Positions 1 to 10,409 of a DNA stretch of 64,000 nucleotides are shown here, piece after piece (the first letter of the stretch is position 1; each line of letters opens with the position of its first letter). The notes beneath the pieces were generated by a model. It had not been told where the DNA came from. It saw only the letters and a list, made by a program, of their open reading frames with translations, and searched no databases. Source of the stretch: Candidatus Parcubacteria bacterium (GTDB lineage: Bacteria > Patescibacteriota > Minisyncoccia > Phycocordibacterales > JAKFXT01); assembly GCA_021414235.1 (NCBI GenBank), contig JAIOOV010000004.1, positions 254,456 to 318,455 of the forward strand, read 5' to 3'. The position numbers and the translations under genes were made by a program.

Positions 1-2
1 TC

Positions 3-326
3 CTATATCCCTCCGGATATTTCGTCGATACGTTGGCGGTTCTTCTCACCGCGATCCACCTCCACATCCACGAAGGGGATGGGGTAGACGCGTAAGTTTT
101 TACCGAGGAATTCGCGCAGCTCTGCGCGCTGGCGCTTGAAGAAATTAAGCGCCTCTTCCTCCTTGTCTTCTGGAAGCACGGTAAAGAGTACGGTCACGCG
201 CTTCTTGTCTTGGCTTGCGGTGACACGGGTCACTGTGATGAGTGACGTGCGGTTCGAATTGAGGGAGACGAACTCTGCCGCCCTCTGGCGGATCATCTCG
301 AGCATTCTCTCAGTGCGGTCTTCCAT
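3..326 (-). CDS. rbfA: Ribosome-binding factor A
   Basis: 107 aa directly downstream of infB; ITVTRV..S.D and P...DxG patterns of the RbfA KH fold. Confidence 0.85.
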   Translation of the reverse strand: MEDRTERMLEMIRQRAAEFVSLNSNRTSLITVTRVTASQDKKRVTVLFTVLPEDKEEEALNFFKRQRAELREFLGKNLRVYPIPFVDVEVDRGEKNRQRIDEISGGI

Positions 327-327
327 A

Positions 328-1830
328 TTACTTGGTGACGAAGCGGAAACACTCGAGCTTGTCTCCGGCGGCGATAGAGATCTTGGCTTCTACCAGGAGG
401 CCGCACTCTCCCTCCGTCACCTCGGCGACTTTGGCCTTCAACTGCTGGAGTTCTTCGATCGTGCCACTTCCTACAAGCGCGTCACGGCGGATAATGCGGA
501 ATTCCTCGCGATTGTGGAGCGTGCCTGATTCGATGCGGCCGCCCACCACCTGACGGTCTCTGTTCTGGCTGAAGACCTTGAGGATGCGCAGGGTGCCGGT
601 GATTTCTTCGGAGGTCACCTTGGGGGTGCGTTCGATCACGATGGTGGCGAACCACTCTGCGAGCGCGTAGATGATGTCGTAGGAGACGATGGTGATGTTG
701 AGGCGCTCTGCTATCTCTCTTGCTCTCGCATCAGCGTCCACGTTGAAGCCAATGACAATAGCGCCTGGGGTGCCGCTTCCGAGCTTTACGTCGTTCTCGG
801 TGATGGTGCCTACGGACTGCTGGAGTATCTTCACCTTTACGAATTCCGTCTCGAGCTTCTTGAGCTCATGAGCTACTGCCTCGGCGCTTCCGAGTACGTC
901 AGTCTTAATGACCACAGGAATCACTGCGGTCTCGGGAGTGTAGCTCTCGGAGGGTGCGCGTCCGCGGGTGGTCTTGGCGCGCTCATCTTCCGCAAAGGCT
1001 TCCGCTTCCTTCTTGCTTCCGAAAGAGCCGAAACGAAGGCCTACTGCAGGCACGCTGCTCCAGCCGGTGATGACTACGGGAAGTGAAGGGGTAGCGCTCT
1101 CGATCGCGCTCCCTTTGAAGTCTTCTATGTTGCGCACCGGGGTGATGCTCTCGCCTGCGGCGAGGAAGGTACCTTTCTTCAAGGTGCCATTAGTAAGTAT
1201 GAGGGTGGCGGTGATGCCGCGGCGCTTGTCCATGTGGGCTTCCGCCACGATGCCCTCTGCAGGGAGCGAGAGGTCAGAGGTGAGGCCTGCGAGGTCGGCA
1301 GTGAGGAGGATGAGGTCGAGCAGGTTCGGTACGCCCTCTCCGGTCTTGGCCGAGATTGCTGCCCAGGGGATATCGCCGCCGTAGCCTTCGATGTAGATCT
1401 CCTGCTCAGCCAGGTTCTGCTTGGTCTTCTCCACGTTCGCTCCAGGTTTGTCGATCTTGTTGATCGCTACGACGTAGGGGATACCGGCTTCCTTGATGGC
1501 GCGGAGCGCTTCAAGCGTCTGCGGCTTTACGCCGTCTTCTGCAGAGACTACCAGGATGGCTACGTCGGCGACGCGTGCGCCGCGGATGCGCATAGCTTGG
1601 AAGGCTGCGTGCCCTGGGGTGTCGAGGAAGGTGATGCGGCGGTCAGCGCCGTTCTCGCCTTTGTGGAGCACTTCGTAGGCAGAGAGGTGCTGGGTGATGC
1701 CGCCGGCCTCTCCTGCGACCACGTTTGATTTTCGGATGTAGTCGAGCAGTGTTGACTTGCCATGGTCGATATGGCCCATCACCACGACGATGGGGGGACG
1801 CGCGGTAGGCTGGGCTGGGAGGGTAGACAT
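328..1830 (-). CDS. infB: Translation initiation factor IF-2, short form without N-terminal extension
   Basis: [30 protein letters not shown] and NKID GTPase motifs; 500 aa. Confidence 0.97.
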   Translation of the reverse strand: MSTLPAQPTARPPIVVVMGHIDHGKSTLLDYIRKSNVVAGEAGGITQHLSAYEVLHKGENGADRRITFLDTPGHAAFQAMRIRGARVADVAILVVSAEDGVKPQTLEALRAIKEAGIPYVVAINKIDKPGANVEKTKQNLAEQEIYIEGYGGDIPWAAISAKTGEGVPNLLDLILLTADLAGLTSDLSLPAEGIVAEAHMDKRRGITATLILTNGTLKKGTFLAAGESITPVRNIEDFKGSAIESATPSLPVVITGWSSVPAVGLRFGSFGSKKEAEAFAEDERAKTTRGRAPSESYTPETAVIPVVIKTDVLGSAEAVAHELKKLETEFVKVKILQQSVGTITENDVKLGSGTPGAIVIGFNVDADARAREIAERLNITIVSYDIIYALAEWFATIVIERTPKVTSEEITGTLRILKVFSQNRDRQVVGGRIESGTLHNREEFRIIRRDALVGSGTIEELQQLKAKVAEVTEGECGLLVEAKISIAAGDKLECFRFVTK

Positions 1831-1931
1831 GATAAGTGGGAGGTGCCGGGGAGGGGTTCCGGCGTTATAGGCGCAAATTATACTTAAAATCAGCCATTTT
1901 GCAAAAAGGCGGAAGCGAGTAGAATCGGATG

Positions 1932-3131
1932 ATGAGTCTTCTCAGTACCCTCCGTGCACGCTTTTTTGGCTCCTCTCGGATCTATGCGGATTATGCTGCC
2001 GCGACGCCTGTCTCTCCGGAGGTTGTAGAAGAGGTGTCGCGTGCCCTCCGTGATCTCCGCGGTAACCCCGCTTCGGTGCATAGCGGGGGAAGAGCCGCGC
2101 GTACGCTTCTTGAGGCGGCACGCACGCGCGTGGCGCGCGTGCTCTCGGCGCATGCAGACGAGATCGTCTTCACGAGCGGAGGTACTGAGAGCAACAATCT
2201 GGCTCTCCTAGGGGTGGTACACGTTTCGGATACCCCGCGGCCGCATCTCATTAGCTCTGCAATCGAGCATGGGAGCGTGCTCGAACCCCTTCGTCATTTG
2301 GAGAAGGGTGGAGCAGCTCTCACTCTGCTTAGGGTGGATGCGAGCGGCAGGATCTCACTCGAGGATCTCTCTGAGGCGCTTCGTCCTGAGACGCTTCTCG
2401 TCTCTGTCGCCTTCGCGAATGGAGAGATCGGCTCCGTAGAGCGTCTCCGCGATATTTCTCGCGTCCTCAAGGCCTACCGCGAGAAACTCGGGCGAGGGAA
2501 ACATGGCGCTCCGTATCTCCATACGGATGCGAGCCAGGCAGGGCTCTATCTCTCTGTCCACCCTGGGGATTTGGGCGTTGACCTCCTTACGCTCGATGCT
2601 GGTAAGCTCTACGGACCTACGGGAGCAGGACTTCTCTATGTGCGGCGCGGCCTCTCCTTAGAGCCTCTCTTTTATGGCGGAGGACAGGAGAGAGGACTCC
2701 GCTCCGGTACGGAGAATATCCCCGGAGCTGTGGGACTCGCGGCCGCGCTCGAGCGCGCCGCGCTTTCTCGGAAGAATGAGAGCGCACGTCTGCGCAAGCT
2801 CTCGCTTCATTTCAAGAAGCGTCTTAAGGAGCTTCTGCTGGAGGTCGAGTTCAATGGTTCTCCCGAGGAAGGCCTGCCGCATATCGTGAATGTTACGGTG
2901 CCAGGGATCGACGCGGAGTTCGCTCTGGTGAAGCTCGATACTCTGGGCGTGAGTGCGTCGTCTGCAAGCGCCTGCCGCAGCATCGCCGCAGAGGGCGCCT
3001 CTTATGTGATTGAGGCGCTTCCGGGAAGGAAGGGAGCCGGAGTCTCTTCTTTGCGCTTCAGTTTCGGAGGAAGCACCACGCAGGCTGAGGTAGAGAGGAT
3101 TGCCCTCATTCTCAAGGGTATCGTGGGATAG
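1932..3131 (+). CDS. iscS: Cysteine desulfurase (IscS/NifS family)
   Basis: YADYAAATP, GNPAS, FTSGGTESNN, HTDASQ, GKLYGP, RSGTEN and SASAC motifs; second ATG chosen because TAGAAT lies 6 nt upstream. Confidence 0.9.
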   Translation: MSLLSTLRARFFGSSRIYADYAAATPVSPEVVEEVSRALRDLRGNPASVHSGGRAARTLLEAARTRVARVLSAHADEIVFTSGGTESNNLALLGVVHVSDTPRPHLISSAIEHGSVLEPLRHLEKGGAALTLLRVDASGRISLEDLSEALRPETLLVSVAFANGEIGSVERLRDISRVLKAYREKLGRGKHGAPYLHTDASQAGLYLSVHPGDLGVDLLTLDAGKLYGPTGAGLLYVRRGLSLEPLFYGGGQERGLRSGTENIPGAVGLAAALERAALSRKNESARLRKLSLHFKKRLKELLLEVEFNGSPEEGLPHIVNVTVPGIDAEFALVKLDTLGVSASSASACRSIAAEGASYVIEALPGRKGAGVSSLRFSFGGSTTQAEVERIALILKGIVG

Positions 3132-3179
3132 GCTGTTCCATTCTTTCATTCCTCTTCTGTTCTGCTACTATTCACGCAT

Positions 3180-4007
3180 ATGGATATAGACGATCTTAAT
3201 AAGACGCAGATCATCCTCCTCACTCTCCTCGTGAGCTTCGTCACCTCTATCGCTACCGGCATCGTGACGGTCTCTCTCGTCGAACAGGCGCCCCCGTCCT
3301 TCACCCAGACGGTGAATCGCGTAGTGGAGCGTACTGTGGAGAAAGTGGTGCCCACCGCTACCCCGAAGCCTGGCACGACAGTGAAAGAGACTACGGTGGT
3401 GGTGAAGGAAGAGGATTTGCTCATCAAATCTATCGAGAAGAATCAGCAAGCATTGCACACACTGCGGATGAAAGCAGAGAATGCGGATGGTACCCCTGGA
3501 GAGATATTCCTCGGCTGGGCTACACTGCTCTCTGCAGAGGGGGTAGCCGCTACTGACCTCGCGCTTATCGGAGAGGGCAACAGCTATATCCTCGAGGATG
3601 CAGCGGGGAAGCGGCGTGACGGCACGGTGCTCCTTCGTGACCGCGCTTCGGGCATAGCGCTCCTGAAGATCGCTAAGGCTGAAGGGGACAAGGTGGTGTT
3701 CGCGCCGGTACCCTTCGCGGATGCTTCTTCTGTTCGTCTCGGTCAGAGCGTCATAGCCTTCGGCGGCCGCCTCAAGCCTTCTGTCTCCGTAGGTATCGTC
3801 TCCTCTTCCTCGAAAGGGGAGGAGAATGCGAGCTCCACTGCAATGGTTCTCAAGAGCGTAGACGCGAGCATCAATCCGCCAGGCGGGATCACTGGTGGTC
3901 CGCTCACCAATATCTTTGGCGAACTGGTGGCCCTCTCCGTCTCCGAAGGAGCGGGCACTTCCTACGCTCCGGTGTCCGCTCTCGCAGCGCTCCTGAGAAA
4001 GCTCTAA
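3180..4007 (+). CDS. Membrane-anchored trypsin/HtrA-like domain protein, probably catalytically inactive
   Basis: N-terminal TM helix; VRLGQSVIAFG, SVSVGIVS, DASINP..GGPL.N..GELV HtrA scaffold; no PDZ. Confidence 0.75.
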   Translation: MDIDDLNKTQIILLTLLVSFVTSIATGIVTVSLVEQAPPSFTQTVNRVVERTVEKVVPTATPKPGTTVKETTVVVKEEDLLIKSIEKNQQALHTLRMKAENADGTPGEIFLGWATLLSAEGVAATDLALIGEGNSYILEDAAGKRRDGTVLLRDRASGIALLKIAKAEGDKVVFAPVPFADASSVRLGQSVIAFGGRLKPSVSVGIVSSSSKGEENASSTAMVLKSVDASINPPGGITGGPLTNIFGELVALSVSEGAGTSYAPVSALAALLRKL

Positions 4008-4023
4008 GTTTTAAATAATCTTT

Positions 4024-4794
4024 ATGCGCATCGGCGTCCTCGGTTGTTTCTATGGATGCGCCGAAGCGCTTCCTAAGGTGCTCGCGCCGTGGCTTTCCGT
4101 TAAAGAAAAAGGGAAGGCAGGGGGGCATGAATTCGTCATCTCCGCAGTGCACGCGCAGTTTAAGGAGTACGCGGATATGGGCATCCCGAATACTGACGAA
4201 GCTACGAGGGCTCTGCTTGAGCAGTACGCGAGGGTGCCTGAGTCTGGCCTCGACTTCTTTCATCACTCCGCTGTCCCGCTCCCTGAGCACGAAGCGCGTA
4301 CTATCCCGCTCAACTATCTTCTCTCAAAAGACGTCGATCTCGTCTGGCTTCTTGATGGCGATGAGTTCTATACGGAAGAGGAGATCGAACGCATCCTCTC
4401 GCATGTCTCCTTCTTCGGGATGTTCGACTACTACCGCCTCTTCCTCAAGACCTATATCTTCGACGGTACTGTGTGGATGGATGACTTCGCGCCTCCTCGG
4501 ATATTCTCAGTAAAGAAGCATGGCGGAGCGCTGGAGTTCTATTGGGACAACAATCTGCGTTTCAAAGATGGTACGGATCACTCTTCCGCGAGCGAGCACC
4601 TCATCCCTAAGGAAGTGGCCTTCGTGCGCCATCTCACTTGGCTCCATGGGGGCGGGGAGAAGAAGGTGGCCTATCAGAAAAAGCGCTTCGGGGATTGCTC
4701 TTTTCGGTTCAATACAGAGAAGGGAGAGCTTGAGTTTGATCCGGAGTATTTTGCCAAATACAAGGAGCCCATTCCGCAACTATTCAAGGATTAG
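4024..4794 (+). CDS. GT-A fold glycosyltransferase-like protein
   Basis: VWLLDGDEFY DxD motif; clustered with other GT genes. Confidence 0.65.
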   Translation: MRIGVLGCFYGCAEALPKVLAPWLSVKEKGKAGGHEFVISAVHAQFKEYADMGIPNTDEATRALLEQYARVPESGLDFFHHSAVPLPEHEARTIPLNYLLSKDVDLVWLLDGDEFYTEEEIERILSHVSFFGMFDYYRLFLKTYIFDGTVWMDDFAPPRIFSVKKHGGALEFYWDNNLRFKDGTDHSSASEHLIPKEVAFVRHLTWLHGGGEKKVAYQKKRFGDCSFRFNTEKGELEFDPEYFAKYKEPIPQLFKD

Positions 4795-4814
4795 GGCTGT
4801 GGTAGTGTGTCCGT

Positions 4815-5597
4815 ATGAAGCCGTCTCTCGAGGTTATCCTGCGCACTCATTCGACGAGCGACGTGCATCCTGGGGTGCGGGTAGTGGGCCCGGAAGTATC
4901 AAAACTTGAGGTCATTAGGCGCTCTCTGCGCTCGCTTGCGTTCTCCCTCTCGGAGGCGCACCGCGCGGGACTCGCGGACATAAAGCTCTCGATCCTGGAC
5001 GATCATTCTTCTCCTGAGACGGTTTCCTTCCTCGAGCATTTCGCGGCCGCGCTCCCGTTCTCAGCAGAGGTGTATCCGCTTGAGGGAGAGGGGAATGCGG
5101 TTTCGCTCGCGGCCTGCTTCGTGCGTGGTCGCGCCTCGAATGCAGACCTCCTCTATTTCGTAGAGGATGACTACCTGCATGTTCCTGAGGCCTTGAGCGA
5201 GATGCTGGAGAGCTATGCGCTCTTCTCCAAGAATCTGGGAGGACGCCCCGTCGCGCTTTTCCCGGCGGACGATCCTTCTTTCTACCGGCCCAACACTTTC
5301 GTACCCTCGCGGGTGGTCACGGGCTCCCATCGTCACTGGCGCACCAACGTGCAGACCACGTGTACGTTCTTCCTTCCTCGTTCTGTACTCGAGATGCACT
5401 ACCCAGTATTCGAAGAGCTCACCAGGAACGGTGTGGATGAGGGGAGCTCCATCAATCGCCTCTGGCAGGGTCCTGTTACGCTCTTCACCCCGCTGCCGAG
5501 CCTCGCGGCGCATCTCCAGTTCTCTGATTGCATCCCGCCGCTCTTCGATTGGAAGAGCCTCTGGGAGCGGTACGCTATCGAACCTCGTTATGTATAA
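4815..5597 (+). CDS. GT2-like glycosyltransferase
   Basis: ILDDHS and LYFVEDDYLH motifs. Confidence 0.7.
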   Translation: MKPSLEVILRTHSTSDVHPGVRVVGPEVSKLEVIRRSLRSLAFSLSEAHRAGLADIKLSILDDHSSPETVSFLEHFAAALPFSAEVYPLEGEGNAVSLAACFVRGRASNADLLYFVEDDYLHVPEALSEMLESYALFSKNLGGRPVALFPADDPSFYRPNTFVPSRVVTGSHRHWRTNVQTTCTFFLPRSVLEMHYPVFEELTRNGVDEGSSINRLWQGPVTLFTPLPSLAAHLQFSDCIPPLFDWKSLWERYAIEPRYV

Positions 5598-6138
5598 GCT
5601 CAACCTTGGCTGCGGCTACGACAAGATTCCTGGGTATGAGAACGTGGACTCTGCTCCGGAGTGCGCGCCTGACCGCGTAGTAGATCTTGAGAAGTTTCCT
5701 TGGCCGTGGAAGGACGTGAGCGTAGAGGAAGTGCTTCTCACTCATACGCTCGAGCATCTCGGACGCGAGCCAGAGGTATATATGAAAATCTGGCAGGAGC
5801 TGTGGCGCATTTGTATCCCTGGTGCGCGTATCCATATCGCAGTGCCTCACCCGCGGCACGACAATTTCGCGCATGATCCGACCCATGTGCGCGCGGTGAC
5901 TCCGGAGAGTCTTGTGCTCCTTGATCAGGCCCTGCACCCGCAGGGCTTAGGCGCACGGTATGGCATAGATTTCCGTCTCATACCCGAGAGCGTGGAATTC
6001 TTCTATGTATCTGAAGCGGCGGAAGCAGTTAAGCAGGGGAGGCTCTCGCTCCCGGCGCTCGAGCACCTGCGCGCGCGGCAATATAATGTGTCGAATGAGA
6101 TTCGTATGACCTTGGAAGTGAGGAAGCCTACTCTATGA
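5590..6138 (+). CDS. Class I SAM-dependent methyltransferase
   Basis: True start MYKLNLGCG at 5590, overlapping the upstream gene end; NLGCG, HTLEHL and DPTH motifs. Confidence 0.8.
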   Translation: MYKLNLGCGYDKIPGYENVDSAPECAPDRVVDLEKFPWPWKDVSVEEVLLTHTLEHLGREPEVYMKIWQELWRICIPGARIHIAVPHPRHDNFAHDPTHVRAVTPESLVLLDQALHPQGLGARYGIDFRLIPESVEFFYVSEAAEAVKQGRLSLPALEHLRARQYNVSNEIRMTLEVRKPTL

Positions 6139-7517
6139 ACGACATCCTTTCCATAATCAATTCCCTCAAGGAGGCAGGAGAGTACACGGCTGCGCGTGAA
6201 GTGGCCTTGGCTGCGCTCAGGCGCTCTCCCAGCTATCCTCCGCTTCTCCAGGCACTCGCGGAGATCACCTTCACTATGAATCGCTACGAAGAAGCGCTCG
6301 AGTGCCTGGAGGCGCTCCGGGCGCAGGGGATAGATAACGCCAATCTCTCTTTTAATCGCGCGCAGTGCCTCTATTTCACTTTCCGCGCGCCGGAGGCGAT
6401 CCCATTGCTTCGCTCTGTCATTGCCGCTCATCCAGGGGAGGCCTCGCTTCTTGCGACGCTCGCTCTCTATCTCGCTTCCGTAGGCGAGAACGAGGAGAGC
6501 TACGCCCTCCTCAAGAGTATCCCTGCTGAGACTCCCGGGGTACGCGCACAGCTCGGCTGGCATATGCTGCGCGAAGGTCATTTCCAGGAAGCCTTCAAGA
6601 ATCTGCAGTTCGAGAAGGGTGTCTGGCACGCGGAGAAGATCTATGACCTGCCTCAAGAGAAGCTCTATGCAGCCGGACTCCCGCTCCAAGGGAAGCGTAT
6701 CTTCGTGGTGAGCGAGGGAGGCCTTGGGGATGAGATCCTCTTCACTCGGTTTATCCAGATTCTTAAAAGCCGCGGCGCGTACGTCATCTTCGGCTGTTCT
6801 CCAGAACTCTGGAGCATCCTCAGAGACTCGCCGTCTGCCCCGCATGAGTTCCGGAAGATAACGGAGGTGAAGGGGCAGGAGTACGATTACTATGCTCCCC
6901 TGATGAGTCTGCCCATCCTCCTTGAATGCACCAACCCATATTCTGGTATCAGTATCCCGTATCTCTCTGCAGATCCGGCATACGTAGAGAAATGGAAGCC
7001 GAAGGTCGCCAAGGTAGCAAACGGCAAACCCGCGATAGCTATTAGGTGGCAGGGCAAGATGGAGCTGGAGTATCGGCAGGCACGTGCGGTTTCTGTACAG
7101 GAGATGCTGCCGCTTGCGGAGCTCGGAGCGCTCTTCTCCATCCAGCGAGACAATGGATTGGAGGAGCTCCGTAAGAATGACCCGGTGTATGATCTCGGCC
7201 CCGATCTCGTCTCCTGGGATGAGACGCTCGGTGTCCTCGCGAATATGGATTACGTGGTGACCTCTTGCACCTCGACCGTGCATATCGCGGGTGCCATGGG
7301 GAAGAAGACCGCGCTCATCGCCGCCTTCTCATACCCGCTCTACTTCCCCTGGGCAGTGCCTGGAGAGAAAACCGATTGGTATCCTTCAGTAAAAGTCTTC
7401 CGACAGACGCGGTATAATGATTGGAAAGGGGCCATACAAGCAGCGTACGAATGGATTAAGAAAGATATAGAAGAAACTCGCAAGGAAAAATTGACAGCAA
7501 CAAAAAACGGGGTATAA
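6135..7517 (+). CDS. TPR-repeat protein fused to GT9-like (GT-B) glycosyltransferase domain
   Basis: N-terminal TPR helices; EGGLGDEILFTRF and DYVVTSCTSTVHIAGAMGK; ATGA overlap with methyltransferase. Confidence 0.8.
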   Translation: MNDILSIINSLKEAGEYTAAREVALAALRRSPSYPPLLQALAEITFTMNRYEEALECLEALRAQGIDNANLSFNRAQCLYFTFRAPEAIPLLRSVIAAHPGEASLLATLALYLASVGENEESYALLKSIPAETPGVRAQLGWHMLREGHFQEAFKNLQFEKGVWHAEKIYDLPQEKLYAAGLPLQGKRIFVVSEGGLGDEILFTRFIQILKSRGAYVIFGCSPELWSILRDSPSAPHEFRKITEVKGQEYDYYAPLMSLPILLECTNPYSGISIPYLSADPAYVEKWKPKVAKVANGKPAIAIRWQGKMELEYRQARAVSVQEMLPLAELGALFSIQRDNGLEELRKNDPVYDLGPDLVSWDETLGVLANMDYVVTSCTSTVHIAGAMGKKTALIAAFSYPLYFPWAVPGEKTDWYPSVKVFRQTRYNDWKGAIQAAYEWIKKDIEETRKEKLTATKNGV

Positions 7518-7520
7518 TAT
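7491..7520 (+). promoter_or_regulatory. Sigma70-type promoter of clpB inside the 3' end of the upstream gene
   Basis: TTGACA-N18-TATAAT, 13 nt before ATG. Confidence 0.7.
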
Positions 7521-7533
7521 AGCTAAATACGCC

Positions 7534-10218
7534 ATGCCCCCCTTCCAACACTTTACAACTAAAGCTCGGGATGCCATCCGCAAGGCCCATGAACTGGCCA
7601 TCGAGCGGGGGCAGAACCAGGTAAACCCGCTTCATCTTGCGGCTGCGCTCCTCCTTCAAGAAGAGAGCATGGTGTTTTCCGTACTCGAAGTGCTCGAGGT
7701 AGACGTCGCACATCTCACTGACACCATCCTTGAGACCATGGAGACGCCGGAGACCTCCTCCACGCTCTCTCCTTCATATCAAATCTACCTCACCTCGGAT
7801 CTCGCCCAGGTACTCGAATATTCTTCCAAGGTCGCTTCCGGCATGCGCGATGAGTTCGTCTCCGTGGAGCATCTCTTCGTGGCGCTTCTCGAAGTGCCCT
7901 CTGGCGCGCGCGACGTCTTCTCCCGCTACCGCCTTACTAAAGAAGTCGTTCTTAAAACGCTCCAAGAGTTTCGTAAAGGAAAGGTGGCGGAGACCAAGGA
8001 GCCGAAGAAGGCTCGTGCGCTAGCCAAGTACACCCGCAATCTCACCGAGCTCGCTCAGAAGAACAAGCTTGATCCGGTGATCGGCCGCGACGCAGAGATC
8101 TCTCGCATCATCCAGGTGCTCTCCCGCCGCACTAAGAACAACCCTCTCCTCATCGGTGAAGCGGGCGTCGGTAAGACCGCTATCGCGGAAGGTCTCGCCA
8201 TCCGCATCGCAAACGGCGACGTGCCGGAGTCCCTCAAGGGCAAAGAACTCGTCTCGCTCGACCTCGGTCTCCTCATCGCAGGTACTAAGTATCGTGGAGA
8301 GTTCGAAGAGCGCCTCAAGGGCATCATGAAGGAGATCGAGCGCGCGGAAGGGAAGATCATTGTCTTCATCGACGAGATCCACACCATTGTGGGGGCAGGT
8401 GCTGCCGAGGGTGCTATGGATGCGTCCAACATGCTGAAGCCGGCGCTCGCACGCGGTGAGCTTCGCGCTATTGGCGCCACCACACTCAAGGAGTTCCAGC
8501 GCCACATCGAGAAGGACCCGGCGCTCACCCGCCGCTTCCAGCCGGTCTATGTGCTTGAACCGTCTGTAGAAGACGCCGTCGCCATTCTTCGTGGTCTCAA
8601 GGAGAAGTATGAGCTCTACCACGGCGTGCGTATCACGGATGACGCCATCCTTGCTGCAGTGAACCTCTCCAGCCGCTACATCACCGATCGCTTCCTCCCC
8701 GACAAGGCGGTAGACCTCATCGACGAAGCTGCTTCTGCGCTCCGCATCTCTCTCGAGAACAAGCCGCCCGCGCTCGAAGAGGCGCATCGCAAGATCCTTC
8801 GCCTCGAGATCGAGAAGGAGGCACTCAAGAAGGAGGCTGACAGCTCCGAGGGTAAGAACGCCAAGAGCCGTACCAAGACCATTGACCGCGAGATCGCTGA
8901 GCTCCGCGAGAAGACACATGATCTTGAACTCCGTTGGAACAACGAGAAGGATATCCTCGGTAGTATCCGCTCCATCAAGAAAGAGCTCGAAGAGCTCCGC
9001 ATGGAGGCGGAGCGCACGGAAGCGCGTGCTGATCTCGCGCGTTCTGCCGAGATCCGCTACGGCAAGATCCCGCAGCTTGAGAAGGAGCTCGAAGGGAAGA
9101 ACAAGCGCTTGGAGAAGCTGCAGCGCTCCCGCCGTATCCTCAAAGAAGAGGTCGCAGAGAGCGATATCGCCGACGTGGTGGCACGTTGGACCGGCATCCC
9201 TGTATTCCGCATGCTCGAAGCGGAGGCTTCCAAGCTCTCCCGCATGGAGGATGAGCTTAGGAAGCGCGTGGTGGGCCAGGAGGAGGCCATCCGCAAGGTC
9301 TCCGAGGCCGTACGCCGCTCGCGTGCAGGTATCAGCGATCCGGATCGCCCAATCGGCTCTTTCATCTTCCTCGGCCCTACCGGCGTCGGTAAGACCGAGC
9401 TCACCCGCGCGCTCGCGGAATTCATGTTTGATACCGACAAGGCGCTTATCCGTATCGACATGTCCGAGTACATGGAGAAGCACTCCGTCTCCCGCCTCAT
9501 CGGAGCGCCCCCGGGCTACGTGGGCCATGAGGAGGGCGGCACGCTCACTGAAGTTGTGCGCCACCGTCCTTACTCCGTCCTGCTTTTTGACGAGATAGAG
9601 AAGGCTCATCCGGAAGTCTTCAATATCCTCCTCCAGGTGCTCGACAACGGCCGCCTGACCGATTCCAAGGGCCGCACCGTCAATTTCAAGAACACCATCA
9701 TCATCATGACCTCGAACATCGGGGCGCAATACATCGATAAGATGGAGCAGATCGGCTTCAACACGAGCCGGGGGAGCGCGGACAAGCAGTACAACCTCAC
9801 CAAGGAGAAGGTGCAGGCTGCACTCAAGGACTTCTTCCGTCCTGAGTTCCTCAACCGTCTCGATGACGTCATCATTTTCGACATCTTGAAGCCGGAGATC
9901 GTGCATCAGATCGTCTCCATCCAGGTAGACATCGTACAGAAGCGCCTCGCGGAGAAGGAGATTAATCTGGAGTTCCAGGACGGCGTCATCGACCTCCTCG
10001 CCAAGGAGGGTTACGATCCGCATTACGGCGCACGACCGCTGAAGCGTCTCATCCAGACCAGGATCCTCAATCCGGTGGCCACTCTCATGATCAACAAGGG
10101 CGTCGCCCAAGGTGGCACCATCATCGTCGGCCTCAAGGACAAGGAATTCACTTTCGAGGTGAAGAAAGGGAAGCGCACTGCTGCTACTTTTGTAGATGCA
10201 GACAAGGTGCTCGCATAG
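7534..10218 (+). CDS. clpB: Hsp100 chaperone ClpB (carries an IGF loop)
   Basis: Two AAA+ modules ([16 protein letters not shown]), [11 protein letters not shown], long coiled-coil middle domain ending [19 protein letters not shown]. Confidence 0.93.
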   Translation: MPPFQHFTTKARDAIRKAHELAIERGQNQVNPLHLAAALLLQEESMVFSVLEVLEVDVAHLTDTILETMETPETSSTLSPSYQIYLTSDLAQVLEYSSKVASGMRDEFVSVEHLFVALLEVPSGARDVFSRYRLTKEVVLKTLQEFRKGKVAETKEPKKARALAKYTRNLTELAQKNKLDPVIGRDAEISRIIQVLSRRTKNNPLLIGEAGVGKTAIAEGLAIRIANGDVPESLKGKELVSLDLGLLIAGTKYRGEFEERLKGIMKEIERAEGKIIVFIDEIHTIVGAGAAEGAMDASNMLKPALARGELRAIGATTLKEFQRHIEKDPALTRRFQPVYVLEPSVEDAVAILRGLKEKYELYHGVRITDDAILAAVNLSSRYITDRFLPDKAVDLIDEAASALRISLENKPPALEEAHRKILRLEIEKEALKKEADSSEGKNAKSRTKTIDREIAELREKTHDLELRWNNEKDILGSIRSIKKELEELRMEAERTEARADLARSAEIRYGKIPQLEKELEGKNKRLEKLQRSRRILKEEVAESDIADVVARWTGIPVFRMLEAEASKLSRMEDELRKRVVGQEEAIRKVSEAVRRSRAGISDPDRPIGSFIFLGPTGVGKTELTRALAEFMFDTDKALIRIDMSEYMEKHSVSRLIGAPPGYVGHEEGGTLTEVVRHRPYSVLLFDEIEKAHPEVFNILLQVLDNGRLTDSKGRTVNFKNTIIIMTSNIGAQYIDKMEQIGFNTSRGSADKQYNLTKEKVQAALKDFFRPEFLNRLDDVIIFDILKPEIVHQIVSIQVDIVQKRLAEKEINLEFQDGVIDLLAKEGYDPHYGARPLKRLIQTRILNPVATLMINKGVAQGGTIIVGLKDKEFTFEVKKGKRTAATFVDADKVLA

Positions 10219-10271
10219 GCAGGGACTCTAGCTTCCATTTTGCGCCGCTCTGGTGTAATTTAGAGGCCATT

Positions 10272-10354
10272 GCGCAGGTGGTAGAGCGGTCAATTACAAG
10301 AGACTGTAAATCTCTCGCCTTCGGGCTACGGGGGTTCGAATCCCTCCCTGCGCA
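10272..10354 (+). tRNA. tRNA-Tyr(GTA)
   Basis: Acceptor GCGCAGG/CCTGCGC, anticodon loop CTGTAAA, long variable arm, GTTCGAATC; CCA not encoded. Confidence 0.95.
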
Positions 10355-10409
10355 CACGTAAACAAAGAGCGCCTCCGGGCGCTTTTTGTTGTGGTATCAT
10401 GAGCAGACT

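Noticed and set aside
328-1830. Short IF2 (and short Rel, DnaX) as pseudogenes
   Set aside because: Catalytic cores are intact; domain trimming is usual in reduced genomes.
5215-5589. N-terminal extension of the 307-aa ORF
   Set aside because: Overlaps the GT2 gene in another frame; methyltransferase similarity starts at Met 5590.
8020-10110. 696-aa antisense ORF, and similar long shadows over rel, infB, topA and the giant gene
   Set aside because: Opposite well-conserved genes with strong codon bias; no motifs; typical shadow ORFs.
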